From the NCBI GenBank assembly GCA_902797145.1, contig CADBRR010000002.1, forward strand, positions 5,203 to 69,202: a DNA stretch of 64,000 nucleotides, written 5' to 3'. Positions 39,677 to 49,209 of this stretch are shown here, piece by piece. The stretch comes from an uncultured Eubacteriales bacterium. GTDB lineage: Bacteria > Bacillota > Clostridia > Christensenellales > CAG-138. Within the stretch, counting starts at the first letter, position 1. Each line of letters opens with the position of its first letter. The notes below the pieces were generated by a model. The model was given only the letters and a program-made list of their open reading frames with translations, made no database searches and had not been told where the DNA came from. Position numbers and translations under genes: made by a program.

Positions 39677-39889
39677 TTATATCATAATTTTTTGCGCCAT
39701 TTCTTTGCTTATTGCAACACGAGCTTCTTTGACGTTTACTATAAGGTTTCCGCCAATTTCGTTTACTACAATAACATTTCCGCCTACTACAAAACCGAGA
39801 TTTTCAAGATGCTTTTTAACTTCAGGACTTCCGCCAATCTTCTTGATTATATTTACTTCTCCCGAATCCGCATATAAAAGTGGTAACAT
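39677..39889 (-). CDS. feoA: FeoA-family protein (second copy)
   Basis: 70 aa (GEVNIIKKIGGSPEVKKHLENLGFVVGGNVIVV). Confidence 0.85.
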   Translation of the reverse strand: MLPLLYADSGEVNIIKKIGGSPEVKKHLENLGFVVGGNVIVVNEIGGNLIVNVKEARVAISKEMAQKIMI

Positions 39890-39924
39890 ATTCTATAACT
39901 TCCTTTTCTTCCTTGTATTACATC

Positions 39925-39965
39925 TATGATATATATCATAAATGTTAGGTTAGGCTGAGCTAACC
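39925..39965 (-). promoter_or_regulatory. feo promoter/operator region: perfect 16-bp palindrome plus a DtxR/IdeR-like box
   Basis: TATGATATATATCATA (39925-39940) is a perfect palindrome. Adjacent TTAGGTTAGGCTGAGCTAACC (39945-39965) matches the first 12 nt of the IdeR/DtxR consensus TTAGGTTAGGCTAACCTAA and forms GGTTAG-N6-CTAACC arms. Minus-strand reading gives a plausible -35 TTAGCT / 17 nt / -10 TATGAT overlapping both elements. Confidence 0.45.
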
Positions 39966-40037
39966 CATACGCTATTATAACATATGCAAAAATAAAGTCA
40001 ATAGAATTTATAAAAAAATTCGATAAATTTTTTATAA

Positions 40038-40063
40038 CAAAAAAGGCGGGGGATAAACCCTGC
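40038..40063 (-). terminator. Probable terminator of the flavin reductase-like gene
   Basis: Minus strand: gcaggg-tttatc-ccccgc followed by cTTTTTTg. Confidence 0.55.
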
Positions 40064-40069
40064 GACAAA

Positions 40070-40570
40070 TTAAGCTTTATAACAATTAAGTATTTCTCCA
40101 AAGTAAATTGTGTGCATATCTTTTTTTCCGTTTACTTCGATGTAATGGTGGTTGAGAATGGTGTTATCAGTTGAATTTACATCCATTTCGGTTTGAGAAA
40201 TAACCTTACATTCAAAGAAAATTGAACAGCCTTTTATCCCATCAACAGCATTTTCAGATTTGTGCGGCATAAGTTCAAGTGAAAACTTTTCAAGCTTGTT
40301 AATATCTCTGCCTGAACAAGACGCACAGCCTTTGAGCGCTTCTGTCATAGTTCCGTTTTCGGGAACGCTTACTGTAAAGTAACCATGTTTGATACATTCG
40401 TGCGAAAATCTGCTTTCTCTTACAAAAACTGTGCATACGGGTTTTCCCCATACAATGCCGAATTGACACCAACCGATTGTCATAACATTGGGTGTATCTC
40501 CTGTTGTCAAGAAAGCACCCTTAGGCATTTGCATTAAAGCTTCTTCAATAAGCGATTCATAATTCATCAT
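40070..40570 (-). CDS. Flavin reductase-like (FMN-binding split-barrel) protein
   Basis: FLTTGDTPNVMTIGWCQFGIVWGKPVCTVFVRESRFSHE resembles the flavin-reductase-like domain. The start is set at the ATG ATG pair (40570/40567) just after GGAGGA; the ORF-track start at 40591 has no RBS. Confidence 0.65.
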   Translation of the reverse strand: MMNYESLIEEALMQMPKGAFLTTGDTPNVMTIGWCQFGIVWGKPVCTVFVRESRFSHECIKHGYFTVSVPENGTMTEALKGCASCSGRDINKLEKFSLELMPHKSENAVDGIKGCSIFFECKVISQTEMDVNSTDNTILNHHYIEVNGKKDMHTIYFGEILNCYKA

Positions 40571-40604
40571 AACTTCCTCCAATTTTTTCATTGGATTTAT
40601 TTTA

Positions 40605-41567
40605 CTACAATTCGCTCAGATTTACAATAATATCTGAATCCGTTTCAAATTCAAACATTTTAACATTTCTTCCGCTGATAAGTCCAACAACCGCTCCTGA
40701 ATTATCTGAATAGGGAAGCCTAACTTCATTATATTGACCGAGAAAATCCTTTATTGAGTCAACCGTGAACGAACTTTTTATTCCTGCTGATAAATATTTC
40801 ATAGCTTCATCATCAACTCCGAGCATTAGTGATTCAAGAAAATATACTGAAATAGGGCATTTGTATTTTTCATGCGTAAAAAAACCAATATCTGTGCTTT
40901 TGGTTATAAAATCGTTGCGGACATATTCGTATATAGTTCGCTTTTCATATCCCGATAAGGAATTATTGATATAATTTATAATATGTATTACGGATTCAGA
41001 AACGATGATTTTGTCACCGCTTAAATCAATAAGCGTTTCAAGCTCCGGGGAAAGAACTATAAGCCGTTCTCCAACGAATAGCTTTATATGTATGTATGCA
41101 AGCGATTTGTCACCGACATCGACTATTGAAATACTTCCGTCATTCCCACTGCCGAGCGCAAATGCGTTAAGGATATTTTGATTGTCTTCATAAGCAAATT
41201 TGATTCCATTTTCATAATATAATGAAAGAATTTTGTTCATGAATTTTTGTGTGCATATCGTGTGCGGAGTTATGAGCTGCGGATAAATAGGCGTAGGGTT
41301 TATCCTTAATTCATAAACTCCGCTTTGCCATGAAATCGTGTTATTGCTTATAACGGTGGAGCCGGATATGACTACTTCGCTCGTTTTTATAAGATAATCG
41401 CAATTTGACTTACAGGGGAACGCTGTTACAAAATATTTGCCCTCAGAACCGATAGGATAAACGCAGTAATTATTCTTATCGGTAAACCCTGCATATGTAC
41501 CATTTATACATATAGCACACTTGACTGGTGAAGATATAATCAAAAGAGGAAGAGGAAAGTCGTACAT
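40605..41567 (-). CDS. Hypothetical protein (no recognisable family)
   Basis: 320-aa ORF with no strong competing ORF, ending 13 nt upstream of the next gene on the same strand. No signal peptide or TM helix is evident; Cys-rich N-terminal ~60 aa. Confidence 0.55.
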   Translation of the reverse strand: MYDFPLPLLIISSPVKCAICINGTYAGFTDKNNYCVYPIGSEGKYFVTAFPCKSNCDYLIKTSEVVISGSTVISNNTISWQSGVYELRINPTPIYPQLITPHTICTQKFMNKILSLYYENGIKFAYEDNQNILNAFALGSGNDGSISIVDVGDKSLAYIHIKLFVGERLIVLSPELETLIDLSGDKIIVSESVIHIINYINNSLSGYEKRTIYEYVRNDFITKSTDIGFFTHEKYKCPISVYFLESLMLGVDDEAMKYLSAGIKSSFTVDSIKDFLGQYNEVRLPYSDNSGAVVGLISGRNVKMFEFETDSDIIVNLSEL

Positions 41568-41720
41568 TGTTAAACCTCGAAAAAATTTTTTTTTATATGT
41601 AAGATATGATATTTTTATTAAAAAATGACAATAATATATTAAATAAAAGTTGTTTTTTTGGCGACGTTATGATAAAATATTTTTTAAATATTGAGTTATA
41701 ATTATCGGAGGAATATATTT

Positions 41721-43103
41721 ATGGTTCGTGTATATGAACTTAACAAAGACCCACAGCGTTATGTTGGTGAAATAGAAGTTGGCGGTTGGGTTAAAAGCGC
41801 AAGGGAAAGCAAGACGATAGGCTTTATTTCACTTGCTGACGGCTCGGCATTCAAGCCCGTTCAGGTCGTTTACGAAAGGGATAAGATGCAGCAGGAATTG
41901 CCTAAGACTTTTGCTACAGGCTCAGCAATAGTAGTAAAGGGTATTCTTGAACTTACTCCCGATGCACCTCAGCCTTTTGAAATAAGGGCAAAGGAAATCA
42001 ATATAGTTGGTGAATGCGCACCTGATTATCCGCTTCAGAGCAAGGGTGTTTCACTTGAAGTTCTTCGTACAATGCAGCATTTGCGTCCGAGAACAAATAC
42101 ATTCCAGGCAGCATTTAGGGTAAGGCACGTTGTTGCGCAGGCTATACATAGATTTTTTGATGATAGGGGATTTTTGTATGTACATACTCCGCTTATCACT
42201 GCAAGCGATGCAGAGGGCGCAGGCGAAATGTTCAGAGTAACAACACTCGATGCAGAAAATCCGCCAAGAGATGAAAACGGTAATGTTGATATGACGCAGG
42301 ATTTCTTCGGAAAGAGTGCAAACCTTACTGTTAGCGGTCAGCTCTATGGCGAAGCTTTTGCTTTGGCATTCAGAGATATATATACATTCGGACCGACATT
42401 CCGTGCCGAACAGTCATTTACAGCAAGGCACGCAGCAGAGTTCTGGATGATAGAGCCTGAAATGGCATTCTGTGACCTTGAAGGCGATATGGAGGTTGCA
42501 GAAGCAATGGTTAAGTATATAATTAAAACTGTTATGGAGCGTTGCCCTGATGAGCTTGCATTCTTTAATAAGTTCGTAGATAAGGGATTGCTTGAAAGAC
42601 TTAATAACGTTGTTTCATCTGATTTCGGCAGAGTATCATATACAGAAGCTGTTGATATTCTTATCAAGTCGGGCGAACAGTTCAAGTACCCCGTTTCATG
42701 GGGATGTGATTTGCAGACAGAGCATGAAAGATACCTTACAGAAAAGGTTTTCGGAAAGCCTGTATTCGTATATGATTATCCGAAGGATATTAAGGCATTC
42801 TATATGCGCATAAACGATGATGGAAAGACTGTTGCAGCGGCAGACTTGCTCGTTCCGGGCGTTGGTGAAATTATCGGCGGAAGTCAGAGAGAAGAAAGAT
42901 ATGACGTACTCAATAAGAGGATTGAAGAACTCAATATGGATATGTCAAGCTATGATTGGTATATGGATTTGAGAAAGTACGGCGGAGTTGTTCATTCAGG
43001 ATTTGGTCTTGGCTTTGAAAGAATGGTAATGTATGTAACAGGTATCGCAAATATCCGTGACGTATTGCCTTTCCCGAGAACTACAAAGTCGCTTGAAATG
43101 TAA
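41721..43103 (+). CDS. asnS: Asparagine--tRNA ligase
   Basis: Class-IIb aaRS. N-terminal OB fold, motif 2 ([24 protein letters not shown]), motif 3 ([15 protein letters not shown]), AsnRS length (460 aa). Start at ATG 41721 after GGAGGA. Confidence 0.9.
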   Translation: MVRVYELNKDPQRYVGEIEVGGWVKSARESKTIGFISLADGSAFKPVQVVYERDKMQQELPKTFATGSAIVVKGILELTPDAPQPFEIRAKEINIVGECAPDYPLQSKGVSLEVLRTMQHLRPRTNTFQAAFRVRHVVAQAIHRFFDDRGFLYVHTPLITASDAEGAGEMFRVTTLDAENPPRDENGNVDMTQDFFGKSANLTVSGQLYGEAFALAFRDIYTFGPTFRAEQSFTARHAAEFWMIEPEMAFCDLEGDMEVAEAMVKYIIKTVMERCPDELAFFNKFVDKGLLERLNNVVSSDFGRVSYTEAVDILIKSGEQFKYPVSWGCDLQTEHERYLTEKVFGKPVFVYDYPKDIKAFYMRINDDGKTVAAADLLVPGVGEIIGGSQREERYDVLNKRIEELNMDMSSYDWYMDLRKYGGVVHSGFGLGFERMVMYVTGIANIRDVLPFPRTTKSLEM

Positions 43104-43224
43104 AAAATATAAAATAAAGTAAATAATTGCGGGAAAACTTTAACATTAAATCGAGGAGAGATATATTCATTTCCGATATGTTAAGGTTCTTAATTCGTGT
43201 ATAAGAGAAAGTGAGATGTAATTA

Positions 43225-44034
43225 TTGAATAAAAAACGAAGCATTATAATATTTGTTTTGTTGATTGTTGTGCTGATAGTCGGGATAATTTTAGTAGGCG
43301 GAACACAGGAAAAGACAGAAAGCATAAAGGAAATAATGCGTGATGCGGTTCTGCATGAAAACGATAGAATAAATGTGTTCGGGATTTTTAATGCTAATCC
43401 GGGACTTGTGGCTGCGTTTGCAGTTACAGCAATAACGCTTGTATTTTCGCTTATTGTTAGAATTTTCGTTATACCAAAGTTTAAGAATAAGCCAAAAGGA
43501 TTCCAGCTCGTGCTTGAAATGTGCGTTGGATATTTTGACAAACTTTCAAAGAGTAATAGTCCGCATAGGAATAAGTTCCTCGGAGCATATGTTTTTGCGG
43601 CAGGATATTACATATTTGTCAGCACAATGCTTGAAATGCTTGGCTTGCAGGCTGTAAGCGCAAATGGAGCATCGGTTTCGCTTCCTGCGCCACTTTCAGA
43701 TATAAACGGAGCTATTGTAATGGGTGTTTTTTCTTATGGCGTAATTTTAATAGGCGGTCTTGTCGGTAATGGATTTAAGGGCTTTGCAAATGCGCTAAAA
43801 GATTTTTCGTTGCCGATTTCTATGAGCTTCCGTCTGTTCGGTGCGCTTTTGAGCGGTGCGCTCGTAACGGAGCTTGTATATTATTATACAGCAATGAATT
43901 ATGTTGTTCCGATAATTGTCGGAGTTATGTTTACAATTCTTCATGCTGTAATTCAGGCATACGTGCTTACTATGCTCGTTGCACTGTTCTATGGCGAATC
44001 GAATGAAAAGAAGGAAAAAAGGGTAAAGGCTTAA
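43225..44034 (+). CDS. atpB: F0F1 ATP synthase subunit a
   Basis: 269 aa, polytopic. Contains the conserved stator arginine context (ISMSFRLFGALLSG). First gene of the a-c-b-(delta)alpha-gamma-beta-epsilon cluster; TTG start. Confidence 0.8.
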   Translation: MNKKRSIIIFVLLIVVLIVGIILVGGTQEKTESIKEIMRDAVLHENDRINVFGIFNANPGLVAAFAVTAITLVFSLIVRIFVIPKFKNKPKGFQLVLEMCVGYFDKLSKSNSPHRNKFLGAYVFAAGYYIFVSTMLEMLGLQAVSANGASVSLPAPLSDINGAIVMGVFSYGVILIGGLVGNGFKGFANALKDFSLPISMSFRLFGALLSGALVTELVYYYTAMNYVVPIIVGVMFTILHAVIQAYVLTMLVALFYGESNEKKEKRVKA

Positions 44035-44054
44035 ATTAAAGGAGTGGATATATT

Positions 44055-44420
44055 ATGAACAAGTTTTTTAAAATTTCAATGTTAGTAGTAGCAGTAATGC
44101 TTATAGTTTCAGTATTTTCGGTGACAACGCTTGCAGAAAACACAGGAGAAACAGTTGTTGCTGAAAGTGCATCAACTGAATCAAATGAATCGAATGTTAC
44201 ATCAATGAAAGCAATTGCAGCAGGTGCAGTTATTCTCGTAGTTGCATCTGTTGGCGCAGTAATGATGGGGCTTTCAATAACAAAGTCGGCAGAATCTATC
44301 GCAAGACAGCCCGAAGCTGCTGGCAATATTAGAACTAATATGATGCTCGGTCTTGTATTTATTGAAACAGCAATCATTTATGCGCTTATCGTAGCAATAC
44401 TTATCGTATTCGTACTATGA
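44055..44420 (+). CDS. atpE: F0F1 ATP synthase subunit c with a ~50-aa N-terminal presequence
   Basis: The C-terminal 71 aa form a c-subunit hairpin (ESIARQPEAAGNIRTNMMLGLVFIETAIIYALIVAILIVF) with the carboxylate E. AAGGAG RBS precedes ATG 44055; no RBS precedes the internal Met at 44205. Confidence 0.85.
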   Translation: MNKFFKISMLVVAVMLIVSVFSVTTLAENTGETVVAESASTESNESNVTSMKAIAAGAVILVVASVGAVMMGLSITKSAESIARQPEAAGNIRTNMMLGLVFIETAIIYALIVAILIVFVL

Positions 44421-44439
44421 TTTATAACGGGGTGAACTT

Positions 44440-44922
44440 ATGCCACTTAATATTGATGTGGGACAGATACTTGTCCATATGCTGAACTTTGTTTTGTTAT
44501 TCGGCATATTATATTTTGTTCTTTATGCGCCTATAAAGAAATTTATGGACAAGCGCACGGAAGAATATGAAGAGCGTGAAAATGAAATAGAAGGGAAGAT
44601 GAATGCGCTTGAAGAAGAAAAACAGGAGTATGTAGAAAAATTTTCTAATCTTGAAAATGATCTTGCTAAAAAACGCAGCGAAAATGAAAAAATGCTTGCA
44701 AAGGAGCAGGCAGAAAGCCGAATGAAAGCTGAAAAAGAAGCTGCTGATATTATCAATAAGGCAAGGGAACAGGCAAAAAAAGAAAAAAACAGAATTATGC
44801 GTTCAACCGATGATGAAGTAAATAAAATGTTGTCGGATGCTTTTGAAAAAATAACATATAAGGACAATGACAGTGCATATGATGCTTTCTTTGCACAAAC
44901 TCATAAAAAGGATAGAAAATAA
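44440..44922 (+). CDS. atpF: F0F1 ATP synthase subunit b
   Basis: 160 aa with one N-terminal TM helix, then a long charged coiled-coil (E/K-rich). Position is between c and alpha. Confidence 0.75.
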   Translation: MPLNIDVGQILVHMLNFVLLFGILYFVLYAPIKKFMDKRTEEYEERENEIEGKMNALEEEKQEYVEKFSNLENDLAKKRSENEKMLAKEQAESRMKAEKEAADIINKAREQAKKEKNRIMRSTDDEVNKMLSDAFEKITYKDNDSAYDAFFAQTHKKDRK

Positions 44923-46664
44923 TGAATGAGAAAATAAATGCTAAGCTATATTCGTGTGAAAGACCCGATGAAAAAAGATGGGCGCAGATAATTGATTTTA
45001 TAAAAGAAAATCATGGCGAAGCAGAACTCGAATTTGTTTGTGATAAAAGCATAGTCGGCGGATTTAGACTCGAAGTCGGTTCATGGACATATGATTGGAC
45101 GAAAGAGGGCAGAATGCGCCAGCTTAAAAATGCTGTTTTTAAGTCTGTTAAGAATTTTGAATCCAAAGAAAAACTCGTTTCGCTTATCGGTGGTGTTACA
45201 GAAACATTTTCGCCACGAATAATTGCTGAGGAAGTAGGAATTGTAAAACGGGTTCATGACTCAATAGCTTTTGTAAGTGGACTCGATAGAGCAGGCTATG
45301 GCGAAATACTCGTTTTTGAATCGGGAGTTCGAGGTATAGCGTGGGAACTTTCAGATGGCGAAATAGGCTCAATTATATTTGAAAACGGAGATAAAAATCT
45401 TGTAAAACAGGGAAGCTATGTAAAACGAACAGGTCTTGTTGCAGGAATGAAGGCCGGAGATGATTTTATTGGTAGGGTCGTTGATCCGTTTGGAAATCCG
45501 ATTGATGAGTTGGGCGAAATAAATTATGATAAACTTATGCCGATAGAAAGCGATGCTCCCAAAATAGTAGATAGGGAATCCGTCAATAGACCTCTTGAAA
45601 CAGGGATACTCGTGCTTGACTCACTATTCCCGATTGGAAGAGGACAAAGGGAGCTTATAATAGGTGATAGGCAGACAGGAAAAACAACAATAGCGATTGA
45701 TACTATAATAAATCAAAAGGGCAAAGATGTAATTTGCATTTATGTTGCAATAGGTCAGAAGGCAAGTTCTATTGCAGGAATAGTAAACAAATTAAAAGAG
45801 CATGGCGCAATGGACCATACTATAGTTGTTGCAACAACTGCATCAGATGGCGCTTCAACGCAGTATATAGCACCATATTCAGGCTGTGCGCTTGCAGAAT
45901 ACTTTATGGAGCAGGGCAAAGATGTTCTTATCGTCTATGATGATTTGTCAAAGCACGCTGTTGCATATAGGGCATTAAGCCTTTTGCTTGAAAGGTCGCC
46001 GGGCAGGGAAGCATACCCGGGCGATGTATTCTATCTGCATTCAAGATTGCTTGAGCGTTCTGCACAGCTTAATGATTTAAAGGGTGGAGGAAGTATAAGC
46101 GCTTTGCCGATAGTTGAAACGCTTGATGGCGATGTTTCAGCGTATATTCCTACAAATATAATTTCTATAACAGATGGGCAGATATTCCTTGAAAGTGACT
46201 TGTTCTTTAACGGACAAAGGCCTGCTGTTAATATCGGGCTTTCGGTGTCAAGAGTTGGTTCTGATGCGCAGACAAAAGCAATGAAGGCTGCATCGGGAAC
46301 TTTAAGGGTCGACCTTGCGCAATATAGGGAAATGGAAGTTTTCAATCGTTTTATGACCGAAATAGATACAGCAACCGAAAAGCAGCTCAAACATGGCAGG
46401 ATACTTATGAAACTAATAACTCAAAAGCAGCATAGCCCATTGTCAAGGCATGAGCAGGTTATAACTTTATCCGTTGCAAATAGAAGCAGAATTATTGACG
46501 AAGCTGTTGAAAAGAGCGGTATTGATGTTCGTGAATATGTTAAAAAGATGATAGCGTATTTTGAAAAAGAACATAAGCAGTTGTGCGATGATATTGATAA
46601 TGATATGTGTTCAAGTGAAGTTATAGATATAATTGTTCAAAAGGCTAGCGAAGCGGTTATTTGA
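44922..46664 (+). CDS. atpA: F0F1 ATP synthase alpha subunit fused at its N-terminus to a delta/OSCP C-terminal-domain-like segment
   Basis: 580 aa. Residues ~1-76 are delta-CTD-like (ELEFVCDKSIVGGFRLEVGSWTYDWTKEGRMRQLKNAV). They are followed by a normal alpha subunit (EEVGIVKRVHDSIAFVSGL, Walker A GDRQTGKTT, YDDLSKHAVAYR). The ATG overlaps the atpF stop (TAATG). Confidence 0.85.
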   Translation: MNEKINAKLYSCERPDEKRWAQIIDFIKENHGEAELEFVCDKSIVGGFRLEVGSWTYDWTKEGRMRQLKNAVFKSVKNFESKEKLVSLIGGVTETFSPRIIAEEVGIVKRVHDSIAFVSGLDRAGYGEILVFESGVRGIAWELSDGEIGSIIFENGDKNLVKQGSYVKRTGLVAGMKAGDDFIGRVVDPFGNPIDELGEINYDKLMPIESDAPKIVDRESVNRPLETGILVLDSLFPIGRGQRELIIGDRQTGKTTIAIDTIINQKGKDVICIYVAIGQKASSIAGIVNKLKEHGAMDHTIVVATTASDGASTQYIAPYSGCALAEYFMEQGKDVLIVYDDLSKHAVAYRALSLLLERSPGREAYPGDVFYLHSRLLERSAQLNDLKGGGSISALPIVETLDGDVSAYIPTNIISITDGQIFLESDLFFNGQRPAVNIGLSVSRVGSDAQTKAMKAASGTLRVDLAQYREMEVFNRFMTEIDTATEKQLKHGRILMKLITQKQHSPLSRHEQVITLSVANRSRIIDEAVEKSGIDVREYVKKMIAYFEKEHKQLCDDIDNDMCSSEVIDIIVQKASEAVI

Positions 46665-46665
46665 T

Positions 46666-49102
<2,437 letters not shown>

Positions 49103-49119
49103 TATATTTTTGTGATATG

Positions 49120-49148
49120 TTGACAGTTTGAGATTGGTGAATTATAAT
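49120..49148 (+). promoter_or_regulatory. Consensus sigma-A promoter
   Basis: Perfect TTGACA (49120-49125) - 17 nt - TATAAT (49143-49148), 62 nt upstream of ATG 49210. Confidence 0.7.
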
Positions 49149-49209
49149 TAAACTGATTAAATTGTGATATTTTTTGTTAATATATGCACATAGCAAGGAG
49201 ATATTGAAA

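Noticed and set aside
39925-39940. The 16-bp palindrome as a classical Fur box.
   Set aside because: TATGATATATATCATA does not fit the 7-1-7 TGATAATnATTATCA or 19-bp GATAATGATAATCATTATC consensus well, because of its spacing and central AT repeats. I report it only as an unassigned operator-like palindrome.
41568-41720. T-box leader upstream of asnS.
   Set aside because: Only ~150 nt are shared with a divergent gene. A promoter (TTGTTT-17-TAAAAT with TG) leaves a ~30-nt leader, and there is no T-box consensus.
43167-43541. 124-aa minus-strand ORF overlapping the start of atpB.
   Set aside because: It overlaps the well-supported subunit-a gene, has no RBS and does not resemble AtpI. The operon therefore appears to lack atpI rather than encode it on the other strand.
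44922-45150. The delta-alpha fusion as a trivial assembly or frameshift artefact.
   Set aside because: This cannot be fully excluded without reads. However, the missing delta N-terminal domain has no coding space, because the atpF stop overlaps the ATG, and the junction reads smoothly into the alpha N-terminal helix. A single indel cannot explain the architecture, so I kept it as a finding with a read-level check requested.
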